Assembly (NCBI GenBank): GCA_048886745.1
Contig: JBHLKK010000002.1
Location: 9,378 to 73,377 of the forward strand
Direction: 5' to 3'
Source: Candidatus Hodarchaeota archaeon
Lineage (GTDB): Archaea > Asgardarchaeota > Odinarchaeia > Odinarchaeales > JBHLKK01
DNA: 64,000 bases
A program made the translations under genes and the position numbers. A model generated the notes under the pieces. The model searched no databases, was not told the DNA's origin, and saw only the letters and a program-made list of their open reading frames with translations. This document shows positions 1 to 10,242 of this stretch, in pieces. The stretch's first letter is position 1. Each line of letters begins with the position of its first letter.

Positions 1-206
1 GAGGAGAATTCTTGGCCAATGGCCTGTTGCACCCTGATACCCAACTCTGCGGAGCAATTTGCGGTTAGTAAACAAAAACAGAGCTCAGAGAACCAACATT
101 CACTATCCTGATCATGCAGGCTAATGAATTCCTCTATCCGTTCTCTAATTACTCTTCCTGTTTTTGAACTCTTCAGTCTTTTAATTTCATCAACCAATCT
201 TTCCAT
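1..206 (-). CDS. Partial CDS (N-terminal part; continues past the window start): Ogg2-type 8-oxoguanine DNA glycosylase/lyase (HhH-GPD)
   Basis: The reverse strand read from the ATG at 206 gives MERLVDEIKRLKSSKTGRVIRERIEEFISLHDQDSECWFSELCFCLLTANCSAELGIRVQQAIGQEFS... The WFxELCFC(I/L)LTAN...AE.GIR.Q motif is the N-terminal signature of archaeal Ogg2 / AGOG-like glycosylases as I recall it. It is absent from the ORF track because the ORF has no stop inside the window. Confidence 0.5.
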   Translation of the reverse strand, partial: MERLVDEIKRLKSSKTGRVIRERIEEFISLHDQDSECWFSELCFCLLTANCSAELGIRVQQAIGQEFS

Positions 207-448
207 AGATGTATCAAAATATATCGTCTTTTAATTCTATCGACGGGAAAGTACAATGTGAAAGCCGGGGGAAGGTCACTTATTCAAATAGTGAAGGTTT
301 ACGTAAAGGTCCTGCCCGAGGAATAAAGCAAATGCTTATGATTTTCTGAGTTCCTCTAGGAACTTCTTTCTTCTGGTGGTAGATCTCTTATTTCTTCAAT
401 GAGGACCAGCTTTTCTTCTTGTCATGAATAAAAAGAATGGTAAGAATG

Positions 449-970
449 TTACCACGGGACTTCTATGATTCCTGCCCAAGGAATAATTCCTTCTGCCATC
501 ACTAGGAATATCCCTGCCCAAATAAGGCACATTACACCCGACCAGACAAGAAGCGGTTTTTCCCATTTCTCTGGAACTCCTCTTATGTCCCCCGGTGTAT
601 ATTCCTTAAAAACCCCTGCAACTCGTCTGAATATTGAGGCATTTGATGGATATATGTCTAGAAGCAAGTGTGACGAATAGCCTAGAAAGAAAACAGCAAG
701 AAATCGATACGTAGCTGGTTCAGGAACTATCAGAATATAGAATATGAAGAACAGGGTAGGGATCAAGGCACTATGTGTTATGGGACTCCTATGATATTTT
801 GCACCGAATCCTAGATCCAGATCTGGGAAAATCGAGCCAAATATGCAGACGAATAGCGCTGGCCAGAATAGTACTTGAAACAGCTGTAGAAAACGTTCTA
901 TCAGCAGGTAGTATACTGAGAAACCGATTACCGCCCAAATATGGTGTTCAACGGATTGAACCAATTTCAT
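449..970 (-). CDS. Membrane-bound metal-dependent hydrolase, DUF457/YdjM-like
   Basis: Polytopic hydrophobic 173-aa protein carrying FPDLDLGFGAKYHRSPITHS, which matches the PD.D...HR..THS motif of the YdjM/DUF457 family. Confidence 0.45.
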   Translation of the reverse strand: MKLVQSVEHHIWAVIGFSVYYLLIERFLQLFQVLFWPALFVCIFGSIFPDLDLGFGAKYHRSPITHSALIPTLFFIFYILIVPEPATYRFLAVFFLGYSSHLLLDIYPSNASIFRRVAGVFKEYTPGDIRGVPEKWEKPLLVWSGVMCLIWAGIFLVMAEGIIPWAGIIEVPW

Positions 971-1118
971 TCAACCTGGTTTTCTCTTTGCAAATAAGAC
1001 ATTTTACTCATAGAATATTGGTACAAGAATAAAAAATCTTCCTATGAGTTGGATCAAGTTCTCCCCCATAATCTAAAAGCTTTGCTCTTTTGATATATGA
1101 AATTGTCTGTTTGACAAC

Positions 1119-1706
1119 TTGCTAATATCACCATTAATCTTAAATACTAGGAAAAAACTTTTCGCATCGGGGCCAAGTTGGGTGATGACAAGAAAGGAAG
1201 TTGGAACCATGGTTGAGCATGATGAAGAAGATGTTTTGCTTTTTCGTCAAGAATTGTGCACCGGCTGCCTTTACTGCTATTTGGCTTGCTCCTATGAGCA
1301 TTTTGGGGTTTTAAGCCTATCACTGTCTCATATTAAAATAATACCTGACGAGTCAAAACCTGGCTATTTCATTGGAATACATTGTGCACATTGTCATGAT
1401 CCAATATGTGAGGCCTCCTGTCCTCAAGACGCAATCACAAAAGATGAGAAAACTGGGTGGGTCAGCATCAACAAAATGAGATGTATTGGCTGTAAAACAT
1501 GCAATATAATGTGTCCCATTTCCATTCCTTGGCGTCACCCTGTTCAAAAGCTCTCACACAAATGTGATTTCTGTGATGGGGATCCCAAATGCGTTAAGTT
1601 CTGTCCAACTTCAGCCATTATCGTGACAACAAGACGCGAGGCCGAAGAATACGTTGAGAAGAAACTGGGAATCAAAGTACATGATTCTCGGAAAATCAAG
1701 AAATAA
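1119..1706 (+). CDS. Poly-ferredoxin-like protein with four 4Fe-4S CxxCxxCxxxCP motifs (HycB/HydN-type electron-transfer subunit)
   Basis: CTGCLYCYLACS, CAHCHDPICEASCP, CIGCKTCNIMCP and CDFCDGDPKCVKFCP. The true start may be internal (MTRKEV at 1182 or MVEHDE at 1206). Confidence 0.75.
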   Translation: MLISPLILNTRKKLFASGPSWVMTRKEVGTMVEHDEEDVLLFRQELCTGCLYCYLACSYEHFGVLSLSLSHIKIIPDESKPGYFIGIHCAHCHDPICEASCPQDAITKDEKTGWVSINKMRCIGCKTCNIMCPISIPWRHPVQKLSHKCDFCDGDPKCVKFCPTSAIIVTTRREAEEYVEKKLGIKVHDSRKIKK

Positions 1707-1723
1707 GGCGGGAAATAACCAAA

Positions 1724-2014
1724 ATGAGCAAGAAAACGGATAAGAAAAAGGTCGTTCCGCTCTATCCTCTTAGAAAAGATAAAGAGTTCATACCCAGTAC
1801 CTATCGCGCTGGATTTGAGAACATTCTGGGGTTAGCAATGAATAGAGAACTTCCTGAGTATTTCCTGGAAGAACGTGATATGCTGGGTCTTGAGGAAATC
1901 CTTGCAGCTTGGAAAAATGAGAAGGCACAAAAAGATATTCAGAAACTAGCAAAAGAGCTTGGTCTGGATAAAAAGGTAGGATTTGATTGGGAAAAGAAGA
2001 AAATCAAGTACTAA
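1724..2014 (+). CDS. Hypothetical small lysine-rich protein
   Basis: 96-aa ORF with no conflicting ORF, lying between the ferredoxin gene and the CCG-domain gene. No recognisable motif. Confidence 0.35.
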   Translation: MSKKTDKKKVVPLYPLRKDKEFIPSTYRAGFENILGLAMNRELPEYFLEERDMLGLEEILAAWKNEKAQKDIQKLAKELGLDKKVGFDWEKKKIKY

Positions 2015-2028
2015 GAGTGATCTCATTA

Positions 2029-2885
2029 TGACAAAAAGACTTGCATTTTTTCTTGGATGCGCTCTGCCCTCAGCACATCTATTTGCCGAAGCATCAACTA
2101 GATTAAGCATGGAAAATCTAGGTGTGGAAATAGTTGACCTTGAGGGCGCTACGTGCTGTCCTGATCCAGAAATCTCTCGGACTCTAGGTCCTGAACTATG
2201 GATTCGAATGGCTGCCAGAAATCTGGCTCTGGCTGAAGCTGCTGAAGCAGATATGTTTACTGTCTGCAATGGTTGTTGGGAAACTCTTAGCGATGCTAAG
2301 GAAATGCTTGCAGAAGATCAGAAGTTGAGAGAAGAGATTGGCCAGGATTTAGAAAAGCTTGGATTGCGTTATACAGGAAAATATAGCCTATATCATGCAA
2401 TAGAAGTATTCCATGATGTTGTTGGAATCGAGAAGATAAAATCCAGCATAAAGCGGACATTCAACGGTACAAAAATGGCACTTCAGCCCGGATGCCGTAT
2501 ATACAAAAGGTCAGAAAAAGAACTCCCTAAAAAGATGCAAGAATTGGTGGAAATTCTGGGTTGTGAAGTAGTAGAACTCCAATTTGATAGACTGTGCTGT
2601 GGGGTTCCTCTGATGTATACTGATGCTGAATACTCTCTGATTGAACGAACCAAGGTAAAACTTGATGAAATCAGATCGAAATCCTTACAGGGCATTGTTA
2701 CGTTCTGCCCTGCTTGCTACGACCGAATCGAGAAAGGTCAACTGGAATTGAATATGCGTGAAGAGAACTATAATATTCCTGTCTTCAGCTATTCTGAACT
2801 CTTGGCTTTCGCATTAGGTCATGAACCTGATGATTTCGGAGCTTATTTGCATAAACTAGACTATAGCAGGGTATTTTCGATGTGA
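2029..2885 (+). CDS. CCG-domain (cysteine-rich) protein of the HdrB/GlcF/SdhE family
   Basis: Two cysteine-rich repeats: (CCPDPE...CNGCW) and (CRIYK...LCCGVP...CPACYD). This fits the CXnCCGXmCXXC pattern of heterodisulfide-reductase subunit B-like domains. Start chosen at the ATG at 2029 (MTKRLAFFLGC, a typical HdrB N-terminus). The stop overlaps the GTG start of the next gene. Confidence 0.6.
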
Positions 2886-4330
2886 TAAATGTGGCTCTAG
2901 AAGGTCTTATCCCGTTATTCCTTATCCTATTGGGCGCAGCCCTAGTTATACCTGTGAAAACCATTTCCGACAAAGGCATGAAAGGCATGCTCTTAATGCT
3001 TTTCGCGGTAGCACTAGGTTTTAACACATGGTTATTATGGAATATTGTATTTGGGGCAGTCGATAGCTATTCGGTAAATGTATTTGTAGCGGATGGTGCC
3101 TCACTCTTTGTAACTGAGGTTATATTACTGATAGGCCTGATGTCCCTGATATATTCTATCAAATATATGGCCAAGACTCCACTCAAAACAGGAGTGTATT
3201 ATGGTATATTCGCTCTCTTTATTGCATCGATGATAGGAACAACTCTGGCTACCGAAGCAGTTGCTCTTTATGCGTTCCTGGAAACTATCACGGTGACTTC
3301 TGCTGTCTTGATTTTATATGGGCGGGGAGCCGCTTTGAGATCGACAATGATCTATCTTGTAATTGCTATTTTTGGTGCCATCCTTGTATTGGTGGGAATA
3401 TTCTTTATGTATACTTTCACTGGTACAACGCTGATTACGGGTGCAAGCGACTTGCCTTTTCTCACAGACTTTCAAAGGCTTTTGATATCTTCCTTCTTCT
3501 TCGTAGGTTTTGGAATAAAAGCTGGGGTGGTTCCTTTCGGATTACTGTGGCTTCCACCTGCACACAGTGATGCACCCACTCCAATAAGCGCAATCCTGTC
3601 CGGTATTATGATTAAAGTTGGAGCATTTGCCATGGTGAGGACAATCTATATATTCTATCCAGGGTTGGATATACTTATTCTTACGGTATCCAGCATAGGC
3701 ATAGCAAGTGTTTTGATTGGCGGTATTCTGGCCTTCTTCCAAAATGACATAAAGAGATTATTGGCGTTCAGTAGCATTTCCCAAATAGGATACATCATTC
3801 TCAGTTTTGGTCTGGGTACACTTGTAGGCATAGAAGGAGGTTTATTCCATCTGCTGAACCACGCCATCTTCAAGAGTCTCCTCTTTCTTACAGCAGGTAA
3901 TGTGATTTTACGCGTGAATACAAGGAACATACGAGAGATGGGAGGCCTATGGAATCGCATGCCAATAACATTATTTGTTTTTCTCATAGGTATGTTTTCA
4001 ATAATCGGTTGGATTCCGGGCTTCAGTGGGTATCAGAGCAAAACGATAATTCACCACGCTACCATAGCAGCGGGTTTTCCGATTTTTGGAATACTTGCGG
4101 ACATAGGAACTATAATAACGATCCTCTACTTGGGGCGAGCGATAATAGAGATATTCATAAAAAGGCCCAAGAATCCATCTCCCATAAAAAATGTCAAGGA
4201 GGCTCCTGTAACCATGCTAATTCCTACAATTATCCTCGCCTTGCTCTGTATTGTAATAGGTGTATTTCCAGGACTTGTATCCAGCATCCTGGAAATAGCT
4301 TCTAATGTTCTCGGGGGGTTGATTAGCTAA
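2882..4330 (+). CDS. NuoL/M/N-MrpD-type antiporter-like membrane subunit of a group 4 hydrogenase
   Basis: 482 aa, about 14 predicted TM helices. The conserved core (GFGIKAGVVPFGLLWLPPAHSDAPTPISAILSGIMIKVGAFAMVR) is typical of proton-pumping complex I / Mrp antiporter subunits. GTG start overlaps the upstream stop. Confidence 0.8.
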   Translation: MINVALEGLIPLFLILLGAALVIPVKTISDKGMKGMLLMLFAVALGFNTWLLWNIVFGAVDSYSVNVFVADGASLFVTEVILLIGLMSLIYSIKYMAKTPLKTGVYYGIFALFIASMIGTTLATEAVALYAFLETITVTSAVLILYGRGAALRSTMIYLVIAIFGAILVLVGIFFMYTFTGTTLITGASDLPFLTDFQRLLISSFFFVGFGIKAGVVPFGLLWLPPAHSDAPTPISAILSGIMIKVGAFAMVRTIYIFYPGLDILILTVSSIGIASVLIGGILAFFQNDIKRLLAFSSISQIGYIILSFGLGTLVGIEGGLFHLLNHAIFKSLLFLTAGNVILRVNTRNIREMGGLWNRMPITLFVFLIGMFSIIGWIPGFSGYQSKTIIHHATIAAGFPIFGILADIGTIITILYLGRAIIEIFIKRPKNPSPIKNVKEAPVTMLIPTIILALLCIVIGVFPGLVSSILEIASNVLGGLIS

Positions 4331-4669
4331 ATGAGTAATGAAGAGAAAGAACCCAACTTCAAAGGTAAGAAACTTAGCAAGATTTGGCAAAAGGATGTTC
4401 TTCCTCTGGCAGTGGCCATGATATTGCTTTCTTTAGGCGGTTTAGGATTTGTCTTTGCCAGAAACCTGATAGAGTTCTTTCTATTAGCGGAGCTTGTAGC
4501 TGTATCCGCTTTCTATATACTCTTCAGTGTATTGATTCCATCGCTATTCCCAAAACAAGTAAAGGTTGGAGATATATTTACCGGCGGTGTTTCCAAACCT
4601 CCATATATCCGTGATGATGAAATTCTCAGACCTGTCGTACCATTCCTGGAAGAAGAGGAAGAAGAATAG
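4331..4669 (+). CDS. Small membrane subunit, NuoK/MrpC/MbhG-like, with an acidic tail
   Basis: ARNLIEFFLLAELVAVSAFYILFSV resembles the NuoK core (RRNLI.ML..ELM.NA.N). The C-terminus ends in EEEEEE. Confidence 0.45.
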   Translation: MSNEEKEPNFKGKKLSKIWQKDVLPLAVAMILLSLGGLGFVFARNLIEFFLLAELVAVSAFYILFSVLIPSLFPKQVKVGDIFTGGVSKPPYIRDDEILRPVVPFLEEEEEE

Positions 4670-4677
4670 GGTGAATA

Positions 4678-6420
4678 ATGATGTCTTCAAAGAGAAAGGT
4701 AACTAAGAAGCGAAATATCGTGGCCAGAATCCTTAATTACCTAAAAAAAACACTTGGAGAAGATTATCTGGAAGAATATACAACTGGTCGAAACCGAGTA
4801 TTTGTAAGAACTACTGCTAATCATATCACAGATACAGCCAATTATATGTTAGAAAATGATGCCAGACTTGCCCATATAACAACGTCTGATTTGGGTACTT
4901 ATGGATTCGATGTTCTATACCATTATGCATTAGATCATATTGAGAAGAACCTACACATAGTTGTAAAGGTTAGGACTGAGAGGGAAAAACCTGAACTCCC
5001 ATCAGTAACCCCAATAACTTGGCAAGCATCCTTTGCGGAAAGAGAAAGCATGGATTTAATGGGGATGAAATTTCTAAATCACCCTGATCCAAGACGTCTC
5101 TTCCTGCCCTATGAATGGCCAGAGCCGGTAGAAGGGGGGAAGTTTGACAAGAGTCAAGTAGTTGGGAGAACCGATCTCTCGAAAGAAGAAATCCGTGAAA
5201 AGACTGGTAAATGGGTTCCACTATCCATTACTCCAAAGGATGCCAAGCTTACGCTAATACCAATCGGCCCTTATCATCCAATGCTTATTGAAAGTGAATA
5301 TTTCAGGCTCAAAGTAAATGGGGAAGAAGTGGTTGATGCTGACCTAAAGCTAGGCTTCAACCATAGGGGCGTAATGAAGTTAGCTGAGGAAAGAACATTT
5401 TGGAGAGATATATACTTAGTGGAGAGAACCTGTGGAATCTGCAACGCAACTCACTCGACAGCATATTGCAATGCTGTAGAGGAAATAATGGGTGTGGATC
5501 TCCCTGATAGAGCTAGGTACATCCGAACCTTAATACTGGAGCTCGAACGCCTTCATAGTCATCTCCTGTGGCTAGGAGTTGCAGGGGACCTTATAGGCTT
5601 CAAGACACTATTCATGTGGGCCTGGCGAGACCGTGAACATGTACTTGATGTTTTTGAAATCATTACAGGCGGTCGTGTATATCATTGCATGAATATCCTT
5701 GGTGGTGTTAAACACGATCTGAAAGAATCTTGGTATCCGAAGATTGAGAAAGCCATCAAAATTGCAAGAGATGCTACCCTGAAGTACGTCGAAATGGCCT
5801 ATGACCATCCCATTTTGAAAGCCAGAACCGAGGATCTCGGCGTGATGTCTACCGCTACTGTTAAAGAAGTGGGAGCGGTGGGTCCAACTGCAAGGGGAAG
5901 CAATTGGAAAATCGATGCCCGGTGGTCGGACCATCATGCAGCCTATGCTCCAGAATATACATCCTGGGAACCAATCGTTGAATCAGGTGGTGATGTATGG
6001 GCAAGGGTAGTAGTAAGACTGAAGGAACTTCTAGTTTCCGCAGAGCTCTGCGACCAAAGTCTGGACGCACTAAAGCGAACAGGTGGACCAATAAAATCGG
6101 AATTAGATGAGATTCCTGAGGGTGAAGGCATTGGTAAAACAGAAGCACCTAGAGGAGAATTATACTATTATGTGGCTTCAAACGGCACTCCAGTACCGCA
6201 GACGGTGAGAATCAGAACACCCAGCTATCGAAATAATGCATGTCTTTCGTTCATGGTTAAGGGATACACATTGGCTGATGCCCCGATTATCATTGGAAGC
6301 ATAGATCCTTGCTTCTCATGTACCGATAGAATGGTGGTCATAGAAGATGAGCGAACAGGAGAGATCAAGAGAGACCTACTAGGAAATCTTGCACAGAGGC
6401 TCAATAAGAAAAGGATGTGA
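4678..6420 (+). CDS. Group 4 [NiFe]-hydrogenase large subunit, fused NuoC-NuoD-like (HycE/EchE/MbhL type)
   Basis: N-terminal NuoC-like domain of about 150 aa, then RTCGICNATHSTAYC (RxCGxCxxxH N-terminal Ni ligand motif) and C-terminal DPCFSCTDR (DPCxxCxxR). All four Ni-binding cysteines are present. Confidence 0.85.
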   Translation: MMSSKRKVTKKRNIVARILNYLKKTLGEDYLEEYTTGRNRVFVRTTANHITDTANYMLENDARLAHITTSDLGTYGFDVLYHYALDHIEKNLHIVVKVRTEREKPELPSVTPITWQASFAERESMDLMGMKFLNHPDPRRLFLPYEWPEPVEGGKFDKSQVVGRTDLSKEEIREKTGKWVPLSITPKDAKLTLIPIGPYHPMLIESEYFRLKVNGEEVVDADLKLGFNHRGVMKLAEERTFWRDIYLVERTCGICNATHSTAYCNAVEEIMGVDLPDRARYIRTLILELERLHSHLLWLGVAGDLIGFKTLFMWAWRDREHVLDVFEIITGGRVYHCMNILGGVKHDLKESWYPKIEKAIKIARDATLKYVEMAYDHPILKARTEDLGVMSTATVKEVGAVGPTARGSNWKIDARWSDHHAAYAPEYTSWEPIVESGGDVWARVVVRLKELLVSAELCDQSLDALKRTGGPIKSELDEIPEGEGIGKTEAPRGELYYYVASNGTPVPQTVRIRTPSYRNNACLSFMVKGYTLADAPIIIGSIDPCFSCTDRMVVIEDERTGEIKRDLLGNLAQRLNKKRM

Positions 6421-7532
6421 AGATTGTGGTCTTAAAGATTCTATTAACCATTGCTGCGTGCATAATAATCCCCATAATTGCATTCCTCGGTGGAGTGCTA
6501 TGCTGGTTTGTCATTAGGAAGCTCACTGCAAGGATGCAGGCCAGACTGGGGCCTTTATTATCTGTCCCAAAACCACTAAGACCTGTGGTTGGTTCAACTC
6601 GTCTGCTACAACCTTTCTGGGATATTCTGAAGCTCTTCTATAAAGAGACTGTAGTACCTGCGACCGCCAGAAAGAGGCTATTTGTAACAATGCCTTATAT
6701 CGCCTTAATTTGCATTATTTTGGCGACCTGGTTTATTCCAATAGCTGGAGTTTCTCCCTTTGATCAATTCTCGTTCAGTCTATTGGTTGTTATGTATCTA
6801 GTCCTGGTGATTCCCTTAGCATTCGTTGTTGGGGGTGTCGCTAGTTCTTCTCCATGGGGTGTACTGGGAAGCTCAAGGGAGGTTAAGCTAGTTTTGGCTT
6901 ATGAAATCCCCTTTGTACTCGGTGTGTTTTCAGTAGCCCTGATGGCTGGTTTTCCAGCTGCTAGCGGTGGCATTTTACCTAGCCTTCCCGGCACACTCTC
7001 CCTCGCTGAATTGGTGGTATTCCAAACCACACATCAACTGAACTTCTTTGGAGTCGCATTGCCAGCATGGTTTATCATACTCAATCCATTCTCTGCAATT
7101 GCCGTCTTCCTTAGCTTGATTGGGAAAATCGGATTAAAACCTATGGATATTTCAGATGCTGACGTAGAAATAGTAGCCGGAGCTTACACCGAATATAGTG
7201 GGAGGTTGCTAGGGATTCACGAAATGGTCCGCACATTCCTCCTATTCTTGTCAACAACACTGTTTGTAGATCTCTTCCTTGGAGGGGGTGTGGTTCGTAT
7301 ATCATTCTTTGGAATACCCGCTTTGGTATGGTCGATAATCATCTATGCAATAATGACGACAGTAGTTCTTCTCTTCCTATCAATTGCAAATACAGCAAAT
7401 CCTAGGTATAGAATTGACCAAGCTTTCAAATGGTATCTGAAACTTCCTCTAGCACTGGCAATCATCGGGTTGGCTTGGACCTATTTCTTGGCTAGTCCCC
7501 TGATAAATATCCCAGGTATAAGCATAACTTAG
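6417..7532 (+). CDS. NuoH-like (HycD/EchB/MbhM) membrane subunit
   Basis: GPLLSVPKPLRPVVGSTRLLQPFWDILKLFYKE matches the GLLQP.AD.IKL..KE motif of subunit 1 (ND1/NuoH). Polytopic. Confidence 0.8.
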   Translation: MKIVVLKILLTIAACIIIPIIAFLGGVLCWFVIRKLTARMQARLGPLLSVPKPLRPVVGSTRLLQPFWDILKLFYKETVVPATARKRLFVTMPYIALICIILATWFIPIAGVSPFDQFSFSLLVVMYLVLVIPLAFVVGGVASSSPWGVLGSSREVKLVLAYEIPFVLGVFSVALMAGFPAASGGILPSLPGTLSLAELVVFQTTHQLNFFGVALPAWFIILNPFSAIAVFLSLIGKIGLKPMDISDADVEIVAGAYTEYSGRLLGIHEMVRTFLLFLSTTLFVDLFLGGGVVRISFFGIPALVWSIIIYAIMTTVVLLFLSIANTANPRYRIDQAFKWYLKLPLALAIIGLAWTYFLASPLINIPGISIT

Positions 7533-7544
7533 GAGAAATGAAAG

Positions 7545-8156
7545 ATGGTTAAAGGAAAACTCAAGCTTCTCAAAGAGGCAATCAAGAGCCTATTCAACCC
7601 AGTAACTATAGGGTATCCTGCTGGAGATCCTAATCTAGATTATACGGAACCTCACTTTGGGAAGGATGCTAAATATAGCATCGTAGCCGAAGAGCTTCGT
7701 GGAAAACATAAGTGGGATCCCGAGAAGTGCACCGGATGCGGAGCTTGTAGCTCTTGCTGTAGCAGCTCCTGTCTTCTTTATGAAGACAGAGAAGACGGAA
7801 AACGTCATCTCTGGGTCCACCTAGGTAAATGTATTTTCTGCAGTCGATGTGAATATATCTGTCCGGATGAGGCTCTTGATCTTACACCCGAATTCGAATT
7901 AAACTATGTAGGAGATAGAGAAAGCGAAGAATCATTTGTTAGACACGATGTAGAGCTTGAGGTATGTGGTAGTTGCGGACATTATGTTGGACCAAAACTA
8001 CAGGTTGAGAAGTACTCGCAAAGAGTTCTGGAAGAAATCCATTCTGCTGTAAAGGATGCTGTTAAGGAAGATCTAGACAAAACTTCTAAGCTTTGCATTG
8101 ATTGTAGAAGAAAGCTCGCCTATGAACTAAATCTTCATACGCGAAAGTACTATTGA
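7545..8156 (+). CDS. NuoI-like 2x[4Fe-4S] ferredoxin subunit (HycF/EchF type)
   Basis: CTGCGACSSCCSSSC and CIFCSRCEYICP cluster motifs. Position between the H-like and B-like subunits. Confidence 0.7.
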   Translation: MVKGKLKLLKEAIKSLFNPVTIGYPAGDPNLDYTEPHFGKDAKYSIVAEELRGKHKWDPEKCTGCGACSSCCSSSCLLYEDREDGKRHLWVHLGKCIFCSRCEYICPDEALDLTPEFELNYVGDRESEESFVRHDVELEVCGSCGHYVGPKLQVEKYSQRVLEEIHSAVKDAVKEDLDKTSKLCIDCRRKLAYELNLHTRKYY

Positions 8157-8611
8157 AGGGAAAAAAAATGGGCTTGAAACAAAAAGCAAGAATCTACTCT
8201 CCGTGGGTATTCCATGCCCACTGCGGCGGATGTAACGGTTGTGATATAGAGATTGCCGCTCTTTTTAATCCAAGATTTGACGTAGAGAGGTTTGGTATTC
8301 AGCTTAAGAACAATCCCCGTCACGCAGATATACTCGTTGTAGACGGCATACTTCCAAAGCAAACGGCATACTTTCTTAAGCGAGTATATAATCAGACACC
8401 TAATCCCAAGGCAGTGGTCGCGATAGGTGCTTGCGCGATTACCGGTGGAGTTTTTGCTGGTGATGAAGAAACCGAACCAAACTATTCTCAAGGAGGACCT
8501 GCAGATGAAATACTCCCTGTTGATGTTTACGTTCCCGGATGTCCGCCAAAACCCGAGGCAATAATAGAAGGTATTGTACGGGCGATAGTAGCCCTGAGCA
8601 AGAAGAAATAA
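8153..8611 (+). CDS. NuoB-like hydrogenase small subunit (HycG/EchC/MbhJ)
   Basis: CGGCNGCDIEI, GACAITGG and PGCPPKPE supply the four cysteines of the proximal [4Fe-4S] cluster of NuoB/20 kDa subunits. Confidence 0.85.
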   Translation: MKGKKMGLKQKARIYSPWVFHAHCGGCNGCDIEIAALFNPRFDVERFGIQLKNNPRHADILVVDGILPKQTAYFLKRVYNQTPNPKAVVAIGACAITGGVFAGDEETEPNYSQGGPADEILPVDVYVPGCPPKPEAIIEGIVRAIVALSKKK

Positions 8612-8736
8612 CCTTTCAATGATAGATACCGCCGCTCCCCAACACCTATCAAAAACCCGAATTCGTTAATCTTTTATCCCTTCATGTTAAGATTAAAGCA
8701 AAGTTTAAACAGTCGATTCAATAGGTGGCGTGAAAT

Positions 8737-9351
8737 ATGCGTCTAAATTTGGGGGAAGGCGAATATTTAATCAGACTTGCAAGAAAGAGCATAGAAACGT
8801 ATTTAGAAAGCGGAGAACGCCCGAAGGCTCCTAAAGAGGCCCCGAAGATACTTTTTGAAAAACGTGGCGTATTTGTCACTCTCCAAAGAATAGTTGAAGA
8901 TGAGAAGCGACTCAGAGGCTGTATAGGTTTTATCATTCCTCAATATTCACTACTAGATGCCACAATTCGCTCTGCCATAAGTGCTGCTGTGGATGATCCG
9001 AGATTTCCGCCTGTAGAATCCAGTGAATTGAAAAAACTCTCAATTGAAGTAAGTGTTCTGACACCTGCCCAACTTGTAAGAGTAGATACGCCCAGAGAAT
9101 ATGCATCGAAAATAAGGGTTGGTCGTGACGGTCTAATAGCGAAATTAGGATGGAAGACTGGAGTATTATTGCCCCAGGTACCCGTAGAATATGGCTGGGA
9201 TGAGGAGAAATTTATAAAACAAACATGTATTAAGGCTTTTTTGCCGCAAGACGCCTGGAATGAGGATGGATTTGAATTATATTCCTTTCAATCCCAGATC
9301 TTTGAGGAAAAATCTCCTGATGGCGAAGTAGAAGAACGCAGCATAAGTTAA
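8737..9351 (+). CDS. AMMECR1 domain protein
   Basis: GVFVTLQR...LRGCIGF is the AMMECR1 hallmark. 204 aa. Confidence 0.8.
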   Translation: MRLNLGEGEYLIRLARKSIETYLESGERPKAPKEAPKILFEKRGVFVTLQRIVEDEKRLRGCIGFIIPQYSLLDATIRSAISAAVDDPRFPPVESSELKKLSIEVSVLTPAQLVRVDTPREYASKIRVGRDGLIAKLGWKTGVLLPQVPVEYGWDEEKFIKQTCIKAFLPQDAWNEDGFELYSFQSQIFEEKSPDGEVEERSIS

Positions 9352-9410
9352 ATAAACTCCCCTGAAAAAACGGTTGAAAAATCTTAAATATTAGTGGTAG
9401 ATATTACTGT

Positions 9411-9776
9411 TTGCTTCGAGTCTCGTACATGTTAAAGAGGCGAGCAAAAATGAGTTTAATACTTGCTGTTCCTATTGCATTCATAGTTTGTCTGATAGTA
9501 GTAGGAATAATCTATATTTTTGGAGCAAGAATTGCTCCTCCAAGCAGGAAAGAGGGTGAAGCTGTTCTAACCTACGCGTGCGGGGAAGACATGGATCAAG
9601 AGAAAATCCAATTTAGAATTAATTGGTTATACTATGCAGTTTATTTCGTTATCTTTGACATCATTGCTTTTACCCTTTCTCTATCCATTCAACTTGGGGT
9701 TCTTGAATCGGCATTATTAGCAGTTGCCTATTCCTTTGTTTCGCTTGTAGCGATACTCGTGCTCCTGAGACGATAG
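9411..9776 (+). CDS. NuoA-like small membrane subunit (3 TM)
   Basis: LTYACGEDMD...FRINWLYYAVYFVIFDIIAFTLS matches the NuoA signature (Y-E/A-CG ... F-x3-YY-x4-F-[IV]-IFD-[IV]). Three hydrophobic segments. The real start is probably the internal Met at about 9450 (MSLILAV). Confidence 0.55.
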   Translation: MLRVSYMLKRRAKMSLILAVPIAFIVCLIVVGIIYIFGARIAPPSRKEGEAVLTYACGEDMDQEKIQFRINWLYYAVYFVIFDIIAFTLSLSIQLGVLESALLAVAYSFVSLVAILVLLRR

Positions 9777-9789
9777 AGGTGAAAAAAGA

Positions 9790-10242
9790 ATGGGATTGTT
9801 AAAAAGACTGGTCGATTGGTCTAGACGTAAATCACCTTGGCTACTCCACATGAACACAGGAAGCTGCAATTGTTGCGATATAGAAATCCTTGCTGCTCTG
9901 ATGCCTCGATTCGACATAGAACGATTTGGAGCCCTTCTTAAAGCCAGTCCGAGACATGCTGATGTATTGGTGTGCACAGGACCTGTTACTTTACAGCAGG
10001 CAAAGCGTTTGAAAAGAATCTATGAGCAAACACCGGCCCCGAAGTTTGTCATGGTAGTGGGCACATGTGGAAGTACGGGAGGAGTATTCAGAGGTTGCTA
10101 TCATGCTCATCAGGGAATCGATAATATCATTCCAGTTGATGTTTATGTTCCAGGCTGTCCTGCGAGACCTGAATCCATATTATTCGGGGCAGTAAGATTA
10201 CTTCAGAAATTAGAAGCGATTCAAAAGGGTGAAAGCGCATGA
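9790..10242 (+). CDS. NuoB-like hydrogenase small subunit, second paralog
   Basis: CNCCDIEI, GTCGSTGGVFRGCY and PGCPARPE. RBS GAGGTGA upstream. Confidence 0.85.
   Translation: MGLLKRLVDWSRRKSPWLLHMNTGSCNCCDIEILAALMPRFDIERFGALLKASPRHADVLVCTGPVTLQQAKRLKRIYEQTPAPKFVMVVGTCGSTGGVFRGCYHAHQGIDNIIPVDVYVPGCPARPESILFGAVRLLQKLEAIQKGESA

Noticed and set aside
1946-2269. 107-aa minus-strand ORF overlapping the CCG-domain gene
   Set aside because: It lies entirely antisense to a well-supported gene. Its composition is low-complexity Ser/Ala/Arg, typical of a shadow ORF.
3542-4305. Several 60-120-aa ORFs on both strands inside the NuoL-like gene (3542-3742, 3655-3987, 3949-4305)
   Set aside because: Antisense or out-of-frame shadows of a long membrane-protein gene. 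They have no motifs and odd composition (Cys/His/Asn-rich).
5608-6148. Minus-strand ORFs within the hydrogenase large-subunit gene
   Set aside because: They overlap the strongly supported NuoCD/NiFe large subunit and have no independent support.
9717-9977. 86-aa minus-strand ORF spanning the NuoA-like/NuoB-like junction
   Set aside because: Antisense to two genes with clear family motifs.
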